From the NCBI GenBank assembly GCA_040755855.1, contig JBFMAD010000001.1, positions 192,001 to 256,000 of the forward strand: 64,000 bases of DNA, written 5' to 3'. This DNA comes from Planctomycetota bacterium. Its GTDB lineage: Bacteria > Planctomycetota > Brocadiia > JAADGH01. This document shows positions 19,286-28,754 of this stretch, in pieces. Each line of letters begins with the position of its first letter. Positions within the stretch are counted from its first letter, which is position 1. Position numbers and translations under genes: made by a program. The notes under the pieces are model-generated. The model did no database searches, had not been told where the DNA came from, and worked only from the letters and a program-made list of their open reading frames with translations.

Positions 19286-19351
19286 GTGTGCCACGGCTTG
19301 CTTGCAACCCGTGCGTGGCCCTACACGGCTTGCAAGCAAACCGTGGCACAC
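19286..19351. repeat. REP doublet (28-bp inverted repeat, each arm itself a short palindrome)
   Basis: GTGTGCCACGGCTTGCTTGCAACCCGTG / CACGGCTTGCAAGCAAACCGTGGCACAC, 26 of 28 complementary; lies between convergent genes. Confidence 0.85.
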
Positions 19352-19365
19352 GATCCGCCCCCCGC

Positions 19366-20223
19366 TCAGGACACCAGCTTTACCTTGTAGTTCCCGCGGC
19401 TCTTGTCGTACTCGATCTCGATGCAGCCGCGCTCGGCCATGTCTTCCAAAATCTCGCCGAAATCGCGGTAGCAGTGATAGCCCTCCTGGAAGCCGGGATG
19501 GACGCGCCGGACTGCCTGCTTCACCATGGACCCCCACAGCGTGTCGTAGTCGCCCTGCAGCGAGCGAACGATCTCCAGCACTTTCATGCGGGCCTCCTCT
19601 CGTTTGTCTTCGTCGCTCTTCGTCCCGGTCGTCTCGGGCTCGGCCGCTTGTACCTCGGCGGTTTCCTTCTCAACTGCGGGCGCCTTGGCGATGCGCCTCC
19701 GGGTGGTCTTCTTGGCTCCCGTTTTCTTAGAGGACGAGCGGGGCTTCGCGGCGATCGCCCGAATGAGATCATCGTAGTAAATGAACTCGTCGCAGTTGGC
19801 CACCAGTAGTTGCGACGTCGAGATCTTGATGCCGCAGCCGATCACGCGCTTATTGTTCTCCTTCAGCTTGGAGACCAACGGCGAGAAGTCGCTGTCGCCC
19901 GATACGAGCGCGAAGGTGTCAATGTACTCCTTCGTGTGGCAGAGGTCAATGGCGTCCACGACCATTCGGATGTCGGCGGAGTTCTTCCCGCTCATCTTGC
20001 TCCGGGGAATATCCACCAGCTCGATGCCCTGCTCGTGGAACTCGCGCAAGTCGTCGCGGTAGTTGCTCCAGTCGCTGTAGGCCCGTTTGTAAACGACGCG
20101 GCCCTTTTCGAGGAGGCGCTTGAGCACCAGTTCGATCTTGAAGGTCTTTGCGTCCTTCAGGTCGCGCACGCCGATGGCCAGGTTCTCAAAGTCTATAAAC
20201 ACCGCAATCGTCGGTTCGCTCAT
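19366..20223 (-). CDS. NYN-domain protein with C-terminal OST-HTH/LOTUS domain
   Basis: IAVFIDFEN, GKNSADIRMVVDA, VSGDSDFSPL, C-terminal HPGFQEGYHCYRDF. Confidence 0.9.
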   Translation of the reverse strand: MSEPTIAVFIDFENLAIGVRDLKDAKTFKIELVLKRLLEKGRVVYKRAYSDWSNYRDDLREFHEQGIELVDIPRSKMSGKNSADIRMVVDAIDLCHTKEYIDTFALVSGDSDFSPLVSKLKENNKRVIGCGIKISTSQLLVANCDEFIYYDDLIRAIAAKPRSSSKKTGAKKTTRRRIAKAPAVEKETAEVQAAEPETTGTKSDEDKREEARMKVLEIVRSLQGDYDTLWGSMVKQAVRRVHPGFQEGYHCYRDFGEILEDMAERGCIEIEYDKSRGNYKVKLVS

Positions 20224-20309
20224 GGCGACCTCCAGACTTGTTTAGGCCAGCAAAAAAGGCAGACACAAACGAGTACATGCGCCGTCGCAGGCGCCTTGCA
20301 GCAACGGTT

Positions 20310-20518
20310 GAATGACGAATGACGAAACCCGAATGACGAAAGAATGCCGAATACCCAATGCCTAATGTGTCAGGGGCTGCGGGGGCTAAGAATCGAAGGG
20401 CCGCATAGCCGAGGGTTTCCTGATCTTCAACCCTTGGACCCTTCGACTCTTCGACCTTTTTTGTTTGGCCTTTGGGCTTCGTCATTCCTTCGTCATTCGT
20501 CATTCGACATTCGTCATT
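20310..20518. repeat. Inverted heptamer-repeat element (GAATGAC)n...(TCGTCAT)n with nested 8-mer repeats
   Basis: Left GAATGAC GAATGAC GAAACCC GAATGAC...; right ...TCGTCAT TCGTCAT TCGACAT TCGTCAT; inner CTTCAACC CTTGGACC CTTCGACT CTTCGACC. Confidence 0.85.
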
Positions 20519-21580
<1,062 letters not shown>

Positions 21581-23524
21581 TTATGGTCGTGTCGGCGTGG
21601 ATTTCTTGTCGGGGTACTTGATGGCGCCCGTCAGGGGCGGGTCGGGGTTGTGCTGGACCTCCCTTGCCGTGCGGTACAACTGCTCCGCATCCTCCGAGGG
21701 AACGGCGAAGATGATGACCGCCGGCTCCTCGCCCTCCCGCCAGGTCCCCGGGGCAATCGGCGCAACAATACGCCGGGTGATCTCGCCATAAAGCCGATCC
21801 TCAACCTTGCGGAACCCGGGCGTGAAATCATCAGGGCAGATCACCCCCGCCGAGGGCGACGCGCCCACCCAGCCGCCGATGGAGCCGTAGCACCGCGGCG
21901 CCGTCCCGATGCTCTTCGGTTGCAGAATGTGGTAGTAGCCCCGCAGCTCGAACTTTACCGTATCGCTGTTCTTGACCTGCACCAGCCGACTCTCGAACCA
22001 CGACCGGCCCGGACGAAGCGTGACGCGGTACGTCGCCTCAAACTTGCGCATTGCCTCCTCGCTCACCGTCCGTTCGAGCGTGACATCCACCACACACTCC
22101 GACGCCGTCTGCGCCTTCACGTCCACGCCCTTCACGGCGGTAGGGTAGGCCGAGCCGACGCCGGACCCCTTATACCCCATGCCTTGCTTTTCGAACATGG
22201 CAATCGCCCCGCCGAGCCGCCCGGCAAAATGTCCGTTGTGAAATATGGAAAGGTATGTTGGCCCTGGTTTCTCGAAGCACAGCTTTATCACCCCGTTGTC
22301 GGCCCAAAACACAGGCTCAGTTCGCAGCATATCGCTGCGAATCTCTTCCTCCGATTTCACCCGCCGGGAGATCCCGACCTCATCCATCTTTCCGATGAAT
22401 CGGTGCTGAGGAGTGTCCTGGCAGAGGGCCACCGCCCCGGAGAACGACTCAAAGTCATCAACGGCCTCCGCGTCGAGCTGGCCGTTGATGTATATCTTCG
22501 ATGTGTTCGTGGCGTCGTCGTGCGTTACGGCGACATGGGTCCACTCATCAAAGGGGATAGGCGTCTTTGAAAAAAGAACTCGCTTCCAGTCCCGGGGGCG
22601 GAGCAATACGAAGCGCTGCTTCTCCTGCGTGTCGCCGATGCGGAAGCTCCAGTTGTCCCCACGGATAATGACCTCACCGTGCCCTTGCACCTCGGCTTGT
22701 TTCTGTCGGTACAGCCAAAGCTCGACCGTCATGCTGTCGCCGATGTCGAGCCGCCCAATGGAGGCATTTCCCTGCGGTCCGGTGAACTCGATCGCCCCGC
22801 CGAACTTGCCGTCCGCCGTGGGTCTCGCATCCTTCCCGTTCAGCCGCCCCTTCACATGATGGGGCGACACGCCCGCAAACTCACCGTTCACCACGTCGTC
22901 GAAGGATTGCCACGCGACCACCCCCGGCGCCCGCGCCCAGGGCGGCGACAAGCCCGCCTCGGCCTCTGTTGCCCGCCGGATGTAAAGGTCGTCCCACCAG
23001 ACGGTCCCCTCGCTCTTCGGAAACTCCAAGAAAAAGGTGACATGATGGGTCTTCGGCGGCGTACGAAAGCGGCCCTTGTACTCCTGCCAGTCATGCGTTC
23101 CCCTCGCAATAGCGGCCTGGACATTAAACAACTTCATCTCGTGGGCGCTTGTCCCGGCGGGAAAGCCGAAGATCAGCAGGAATGCGCCGAGCTCCCCCTC
23201 CACCTTCTCCGCCTTGATCCACCCGCCGAAGATGTAGTCCGTCTCCGGCTGGACCGCGATGTCGTTCTGATACCAGTAGGTAAACACATCGTCCATCGGT
23301 CGGACCATCTTGAACGACCGCATGCCGCCGTGCTTTATCTCCGTATCGTAGGTCCCGAAGGCGGGCCACCGCTTTGCGCTGCTGTTAGGTTCCCAGTGCG
23401 GAGGCGGCATGGCCCCATCCTCGAAACCGGGATTCTGGATCAGGTTCTCCTCGGCCCTTGCGCCCGCCGCGGAGCAGGCGACGAAGCCGAGCATGAGCAC
23501 ACAGTGAACGGCTCGACGCACCAT
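21581..23524 (-). CDS. Secreted protein with CBM4/9-like and LamG (concanavalin-like) domains
   Basis: Signal peptide; NLIQNPGFE...VWWDDL; MTVELW, WTHVAVT, IYINGQLD, FIGKMDEV. Confidence 0.75.
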   Translation of the reverse strand: MVRRAVHCVLMLGFVACSAAGARAEENLIQNPGFEDGAMPPPHWEPNSSAKRWPAFGTYDTEIKHGGMRSFKMVRPMDDVFTYWYQNDIAVQPETDYIFGGWIKAEKVEGELGAFLLIFGFPAGTSAHEMKLFNVQAAIARGTHDWQEYKGRFRTPPKTHHVTFFLEFPKSEGTVWWDDLYIRRATEAEAGLSPPWARAPGVVAWQSFDDVVNGEFAGVSPHHVKGRLNGKDARPTADGKFGGAIEFTGPQGNASIGRLDIGDSMTVELWLYRQKQAEVQGHGEVIIRGDNWSFRIGDTQEKQRFVLLRPRDWKRVLFSKTPIPFDEWTHVAVTHDDATNTSKIYINGQLDAEAVDDFESFSGAVALCQDTPQHRFIGKMDEVGISRRVKSEEEIRSDMLRTEPVFWADNGVIKLCFEKPGPTYLSIFHNGHFAGRLGGAIAMFEKQGMGYKGSGVGSAYPTAVKGVDVKAQTASECVVDVTLERTVSEEAMRKFEATYRVTLRPGRSWFESRLVQVKNSDTVKFELRGYYHILQPKSIGTAPRCYGSIGGWVGASPSAGVICPDDFTPGFRKVEDRLYGEITRRIVAPIAPGTWREGEEPAVIIFAVPSEDAEQLYRTAREVQHNPDPPLTGAIKYPDKKSTPTRP

Positions 23525-23662
23525 CATCTCCTTCTTCGGATTTCCGAAAATACTATACCGGCTTCAGGGCGTGAAAACAAGCAACGTCTTGATCCCTGGC
23601 GGGAGGTGTGGTACTGTGCAGCCAAACGGTAGGACAAGACATGGTTTCTTGGAGGGAAGAAG

Positions 23663-23743
23663 ATGGGAAAGGCAGCAACTGATCCGTCCCATCTCGACAC
23701 CTACTACTTCGGGTTTAGGGTATCGCTGTCCGTCAGGCCGTAG
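23663..23743 (+). other. 26-codon ORF/remnant with its own promoter and RBS, ending in an FGE-sulfatase-like GFRV terminus
   Basis: TTGATC-17-TACTGT (23589-23617); GGAGG (23651); translation MGKAATDPSHLDTYYFGFRVSLSVRP*. Confidence 0.35.
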
Positions 23744-23762
23744 TTACCATTTTACCATTTGA

Positions 23763-23945
23763 GGGGGGTATAGGGCGAACCCGGGGCAGGTGTTGGCGTC
23801 CCGCAAGGGGAGGAAGATTTACCAGACCAAGATCGCAGGGGGAAGGATGTTGTTGCGCGTGGTTGTGAAAGAGGATGCGCAAGTGTATCATGTCGTTACC
23901 GTTTACAAGACAAACAAGGTCGCCAAGTATTGGAGACAGCCATGA
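23763..23945 (+). pseudogene. N-terminally truncated DUF4258-type toxin
   Basis: NPGQVLASRKGRKIYQ...LLRVVV...VVTVYKTNKVAKYW*. An in-frame TGA at 23760-23762 replaces the N-terminus. The stop overlaps the DUF2283 ATG (ATGA). Confidence 0.7.
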
Positions 23946-24190
23946 AAGTTATTTATGACAGAGAGACGGACACGCTCACCATAATCCTGCAAGGGGGCAA
24001 GGTTGCTGAGAGCGATGAGGTGCGGGAAGGACTGATTCTGGACTACGATAAGAAGGGGCGCCTTGTTTCTCTGGAATTGCTCGACGCCTCTGAGCAGATC
24101 AGAGAGCCTGAATCGGTCGAGTTCGCTCTTGCGGCAAAGCCGTCGCTGGCGATGGTTTGCGAAAGACCCGCGAGGGCATACCGAAGCTAA
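23942..24190 (+). CDS. DUF2283 family putative antitoxin
   Basis: MKVIYDRETDTLTI...ESDE...ILDYD..G..VSLELLDAS. Confidence 0.85.
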   Translation: MKVIYDRETDTLTIILQGGKVAESDEVREGLILDYDKKGRLVSLELLDASEQIREPESVEFALAAKPSLAMVCERPARAYRS

Positions 24191-24230
24191 AGGCAATAGG
24201 GTCGGCTCGACGGACCGAATAGCGCCGTGC

Positions 24231-24280
24231 CCTGCCTGCGACTGGTAGGCGCGCCTTGCGCGTCGAACGCCGCAGGCAGG
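24231..24280. repeat. REP-like inverted repeat between convergent genes
   Basis: CCTGCCTGCG ... CGCAGGCAGG, perfect 10 bp, with an inner GCGC-rich hairpin. Confidence 0.6.
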
Positions 24281-24286
24281 TATCAC

Positions 24287-27181
24287 CTATCGGGCTGGGA
24301 TGCGAAGCAGCGACACAGAGCACTGCGGCAGGTCGTATGCAAATGTTCCGCCGACGGGAATGTTCTTCCTCTCCGCGCTCAGGCTCGGCATCCCCTTGCC
24401 CATGGCATCGGGATCATGGAGGACAAACATCTCCCCCTGCGGGCGGGGGGCAAAATCCCGAAGCGCCACGTTCACCTTTATTGTCTGCTTCAGATCCTTG
24501 TTGACGGCAAGGAGCGTCAGAAAGCGCCGACCGTCCTTCTCCCCCAGGAGCGCGACCGCATCAACGGTCGGCGCACCCCGCAGCGGCACATACTGCAAGC
24601 CTGCGTCTTTCGTCTCGTAGGTCGGGCAGGCAACCCTCGTCCGGACCGGCCGATCGCCCGCGTGGTTGGCATAGAGATTGAACACCTCGTAGCGCGGCCC
24701 CAACTGCCCCGCGCGGCGGAGGTGGATATCAAATGGGGCAAACTCCGTGACGTGGCAGATCGGCACGAGGTCGCCAGCGCGCATCCAGACGTGCGCCATC
24801 TGCGCAAACCAGAGCAGATGCACTGCGCGGTCCAGCCGCTGCGACTCAAATTGCTTCCACTGGAGATTGTATTCCGTGACGGCGATCTGCGGCTTTGCGA
24901 TTCCGTCGGACCGCATCCGGTCGGCCATGTCACGGACGGTCTGCTCGTAGTAATACGGGTGGGCCAGAACCGTTCGAAAGCCCTCCTCCGGATTGGATGA
25001 AAGGCGCTTCGGCAAAGGCTGGATATAGGTGTGGAAGGTCATCACATCAATCGCGCCGCCGGCGATTTGGCAGAGGGTCCGGTTCCAGTCACGCCCCACT
25101 TCATGGAAGGGCGAGTGGCCGCAGGCCACGATGCGGATGCGCCCGTCGCGGGCGCGCATGGCCTTGGCAAACCGAAGGAGACCCTCGGCGTACTCATCCG
25201 GCGGGCAGTGGCCGATCTGCCAAAAGCCCCAGACCTCGTTGCCGATGTCCCAGTCAATGACATTGTAGGGCTGTGGGTGTCCGTTCTGCGCGCGCAGCTT
25301 TCCCATGGGGGTGTCGGGTGCGCCGTTGCAGTACTCCACCCACTCGGCGGCCTCCTCGGGCGAACCGCTCCCGAAGTTGGCGCACATCATGACCTTCAAT
25401 CCGGTTAATTCGCAAAAGCGAAGAATTTCGTCCGTGCCCACCTCGTTGCATTCAAGTCCGTCCCAGGCTACGTTCAGGCGGGTGGGGCGCTTCTCGCGCG
25501 GGCCAATGCCGTCGCGCCAGTGGTAGCCGGACGCAAAGTTGCCGCCGGGGTAGCGGATATGGCCGGGCTTGAGTTGCCGGAAGATCTCGATCACCTCCGG
25601 GCAGAGACCGTGAATGTTGTCGGCCGGGAGGAGGGTGGCGTAATCTATCCACATCGGCCCGCCCTTCTCGATGGTCAATGCAAAGAGGAAGCGAATGATC
25701 TTCGGGTCGAGGCCCGTCGGCATCTCGATCCGCGCCTCGTATTTCTTCCACGCCTTTCCATCCACCGTCACTGTCGCGGAGGCGAGGATGCGCTCCGTGT
25801 CGCGGATGGATGCCGTCACAGTCGTCGGCGAATCGGCCCGTGCATAGAACGCGACGTCGTATCTGCGCTCGCGGTGGATCGGAAGCTGCACCATCTGGCC
25901 GAGGCCGACCTCGCCGCCGCGGGCGGTGAGCCTCTGGCACTGCTCCGAGTTGAAGGCGTCGCCGTCGAGACAGACGCCCGCGATATCGCCAACCACTGTC
26001 CAGGGGGGCGCGGCGGCCTGGGCGCATTCGGGGGTCTTGTATGTCGGGCTCCAGCGCGCCAGGAGCTCCGCCGTGCGTCCGGGGAGGTAGCGCTGCCCTA
26101 CCGGTGAGGAGTATCGCGGATGCCCCGGTTCGAAGCTCGGGTTCAGAAGCGCCTGGGCGTAGAGGAAGCGCGACATGGGCCAGCCTGTGCCGAGGTGCTC
26201 GCTGAACTGGCCAAAGATGAACGGGCTGACGCGGAACCCCGTCGGCTGCCCGGCCATTACCTCGATGCGAACATCCGCTCCCTGGACATACGTGGTAGGG
26301 GAGGGGGCCTCCGAGACATTGAAACCCGACGGCCGCTCCGAGAGGCGCAAGGTCGCTTCGCTTCTCGATTTCTTCCCAGGGGGCGAGCCGGGGCTAGGCG
26401 CGCTCTCGGCGTCAAATCGCTTTTGAGAAAATTTTTCGGCGGACGAAAGCAGCTCGACGTCGGCAAGACCGCTTGGGTCGTGAGGGTTCTCGCGCGATCC
26501 GGCCCAGAAGAGCGCGCCCCCGCCCGCTCCCCCCACGGCCCAGTCGAGGGCCAAGGCGGACGGTTCGTCAGCCTTCGGCTCGAACGTTTTGCCGCCGGTG
26601 AGGGGGAAGGTCGCCCACGGAAATCGCGCCTCGATGTTGATGTGATCGCCCTCTATCTTCATGGCGGCGAAGACGCGCGTGCGATTCACGCCCGTCCAAC
26701 CGAGTTCCTTCCAGAGCATCCGTCCGGCGGCCGGGTCGTCCGTCTCGGCCAGCCATGTGCCCGTCTTTGCTTCTTCACGCAGGGCGTCCTCGTCGGCCTT
26801 CGGGGGCATGGGCGAGAGACGGATGTGATAGACGCCCCTGCGATAGACGTCGTTGCGTTCCGCCTTGGGCCGGAGGTCGAGATAGAGGTCCAGCCAGGCG
26901 ATGCCGTTCTTTCCCTTGCTCGGTCGGGGCGCCTGGCAGGCAATAGTGAGATTCCCCGCGTCCCAGGCGGTCCACAGTCTGATCGCCGGTTGCTTCAGCG
27001 CAAGGGGCGTCTCGCCCTGCCATTCGTCCAATCGCCCATCCATCCTGCGCGGCGATGAGACAGGAAAACACTGGATGGATTTCCTTTGCGCGAAGGCGTC
27101 GGCGCCGGTCGTAAGAGCGAGAAGAACCAGCAGAAGCCCCACATTGAAAATTGATATGTCTTCGATGGCGATCGCCTTCAT
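24287..27181 (-). CDS. Secreted GH51 alpha-L-arabinofuranosidase-like enzyme with N-terminal CBM9-like domain
   Basis: Signal peptide; MDGRLDEW; IFGQFSEH, RYPGGNF..YHWRDGIGP, NEVGTDE, DIGNEVWG, VTEYN. Confidence 0.85.
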   Translation of the reverse strand: MKAIAIEDISIFNVGLLLVLLALTTGADAFAQRKSIQCFPVSSPRRMDGRLDEWQGETPLALKQPAIRLWTAWDAGNLTIACQAPRPSKGKNGIAWLDLYLDLRPKAERNDVYRRGVYHIRLSPMPPKADEDALREEAKTGTWLAETDDPAAGRMLWKELGWTGVNRTRVFAAMKIEGDHINIEARFPWATFPLTGGKTFEPKADEPSALALDWAVGGAGGGALFWAGSRENPHDPSGLADVELLSSAEKFSQKRFDAESAPSPGSPPGKKSRSEATLRLSERPSGFNVSEAPSPTTYVQGADVRIEVMAGQPTGFRVSPFIFGQFSEHLGTGWPMSRFLYAQALLNPSFEPGHPRYSSPVGQRYLPGRTAELLARWSPTYKTPECAQAAAPPWTVVGDIAGVCLDGDAFNSEQCQRLTARGGEVGLGQMVQLPIHRERRYDVAFYARADSPTTVTASIRDTERILASATVTVDGKAWKKYEARIEMPTGLDPKIIRFLFALTIEKGGPMWIDYATLLPADNIHGLCPEVIEIFRQLKPGHIRYPGGNFASGYHWRDGIGPREKRPTRLNVAWDGLECNEVGTDEILRFCELTGLKVMMCANFGSGSPEEAAEWVEYCNGAPDTPMGKLRAQNGHPQPYNVIDWDIGNEVWGFWQIGHCPPDEYAEGLLRFAKAMRARDGRIRIVACGHSPFHEVGRDWNRTLCQIAGGAIDVMTFHTYIQPLPKRLSSNPEEGFRTVLAHPYYYEQTVRDMADRMRSDGIAKPQIAVTEYNLQWKQFESQRLDRAVHLLWFAQMAHVWMRAGDLVPICHVTEFAPFDIHLRRAGQLGPRYEVFNLYANHAGDRPVRTRVACPTYETKDAGLQYVPLRGAPTVDAVALLGEKDGRRFLTLLAVNKDLKQTIKVNVALRDFAPRPQGEMFVLHDPDAMGKGMPSLSAERKNIPVGGTFAYDLPQCSVSLLRIPAR

Positions 27182-27204
27182 GCCATGCGCCTTCAGAGCA
27201 CCCG

Positions 27205-27669
27205 TTACCGTTGCCGCCGGTACTTCCCCATCAGCTCGCCCTGGGCGAGGACATGGCCCTTCATCGCGGCGAGGAGCTGCGCCTTCGTCGCGCCCGATTC
27301 GAGATCGAGCATCGCGTCGAGGGCGTAGATGCGGAAGTAGTAGCGATGCGTCCCGCTCGGCGGGCAGGGACCGCCGTACTCGATCCGGCCGAAGTCCGTC
27401 TCGCCCTGGCGCGCGCCACTCGACAACTCGGGACCGGGCGGAACGTTCTCGGGCAGGCCGGTCGTCTTCGGCGGAATGTTGAAGATGACCCAGTGCACCC
27501 ATGTCCCGACGGGCGCGTCGGGGTCGTCGGAGATAAGGGCGATGGACTTCGTTCCCTCGGGCGCGCCCGTCCACGCCAGCGGCGGCGAGACGTCCGACCC
27601 GTCGCAGGTATATTTCTTCGGGATCATGCCGCCTTCCTCGAACGCCGTGCTCGTGATTTTGATCTCCAT
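27205..27669 (-). CDS. YbhB/YbcL family (PEBP/Raf kinase inhibitor-like) protein
   Basis: IPKKYTCDG.DVSPPL.W, DDPDAP, WVHWV, YGGPCPPSGTHRY.F..YALD. Confidence 0.93.
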   Translation of the reverse strand: MEIKITSTAFEEGGMIPKKYTCDGSDVSPPLAWTGAPEGTKSIALISDDPDAPVGTWVHWVIFNIPPKTTGLPENVPPGPELSSGARQGETDFGRIEYGGPCPPSGTHRYYFRIYALDAMLDLESGATKAQLLAAMKGHVLAQGELMGKYRRQR

Positions 27670-27770
27670 CTCGGCTCCCTCCTTCCTCAAAAGGTATCAT
27701 GCCGATATTGTTATGGTAGAACGAACGCCGGCAGAGTGCAAGGGATTATTCCTCACCCGCGCTTTGCGAA

Positions 27771-27799
27771 TTGACACGCTTGCCTTGAGAACGTAAAGT
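27771..27799 (+). promoter_or_regulatory. Sigma70-like promoter
   Basis: TTGACA-17 nt-TAAAGT upstream of 27833. Confidence 0.6.
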
Positions 27800-27832
27800 G
27801 AACCCACAACCTTTTACAGAGGAGATTTTTCA

Positions 27833-28693
27833 ATGGCCACACTTACCCTCCTGGGCACGGGAACGCCGACGCCGACCCCGTCGCAGTTCGGCACATCCTA
27901 TGTCTTGAACATAGGCAACGACTACCTCATGTTCGACTGCGGACCGGCCACGACGCACAAGCTCGTCAAGGCCGGCCTCTTCCCGACGCAGATTGACTTC
28001 CTCTTCTTCACCCACCATCACTTCGACCACAACGCCGACTACCCGTGCTTCCTCCTCTGCCGGTGGGACCAGAGCCGCGGGCAGCAGAACGAACTCCGCG
28101 TCTTCGGTCCCGAACCGACAAGGCGCATGACCGAACAACTTATCGGTCCCGACGGCGCATTCGCCTGCGACTGGAAGGCCCGCGTCGGGGCGCCGGTGAG
28201 CCAGTGCGTCCATGCCAACCGCGGCGGTTCCCTGCCCCGGCCGGAGCCGTCGCTGACGGTGAAGGACATCGGACCCGGCGAGGTGACGAGGCACGCCGAC
28301 TGGTCCGTCCGGGCGGCAGCGGCCCAGCATGTCGAGCCGTGGCTCATATCGCTCGCCTACCGGGTGGATGCGAAGGACGGGAGCATCTGCTTCGCCGGGG
28401 ATACGGCCCCGTGCGATCCGGTGGCAGAGCTGGCGAAGGGCGCAGACGTGCTCGTGGTGAATTGCTGGGACACCCAGGCGGCGATGGACGCCAACGGCGA
28501 GGCCCCCGGCCAGACCGGGACGACGGGCGCGGCGACTATGGCGAGGGAAGCGGGGGTCGGAAAGCTGATCCTCACGCACACCGGCCCGCGCCTGAACCGC
28601 CCCGGCGGGCGCGAGGGGGCGGTGGCCGAGATTGCTCGGGGCTTCAACGGCGAGATCGTCTTCGGGCAGGAGCTGATGACACTCCCTCTCTGA
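27833..28693 (+). CDS. Metallo-beta-lactamase-fold hydrolase (RNase Z/arylsulfatase-like)
   Basis: LLGTGTP, FDCG, THHHFDH, FAGDT, LILTH. Confidence 0.85.
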   Translation: MATLTLLGTGTPTPTPSQFGTSYVLNIGNDYLMFDCGPATTHKLVKAGLFPTQIDFLFFTHHHFDHNADYPCFLLCRWDQSRGQQNELRVFGPEPTRRMTEQLIGPDGAFACDWKARVGAPVSQCVHANRGGSLPRPEPSLTVKDIGPGEVTRHADWSVRAAAAQHVEPWLISLAYRVDAKDGSICFAGDTAPCDPVAELAKGADVLVVNCWDTQAAMDANGEAPGQTGTTGAATMAREAGVGKLILTHTGPRLNRPGGREGAVAEIARGFNGEIVFGQELMTLPL

Positions 28694-28754
28694 ATTCTGC
28701 TCTTGGGTTGCGGGTGAAGGCCGCGTCGGGTATAATGCGTTGTAGAAGGAGAGG

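Noticed and set aside
20310..20518. CRISPR array
   Set aside because: Units are 7-8 bp tandem repeats without spacers, and there are no cas genes.
23663..23760. Complete diversity-generating retroelement
   Set aside because: No reverse transcriptase, Avd or template repeat in the window; only a short GFRV-type peptide.
27182..27700. N-terminal extension of the GH51 ORF to 1137 aa
   Set aside because: It overlaps the YbhB gene in another frame and reads as Arg-rich nonsense; a signal peptide begins at 27181.
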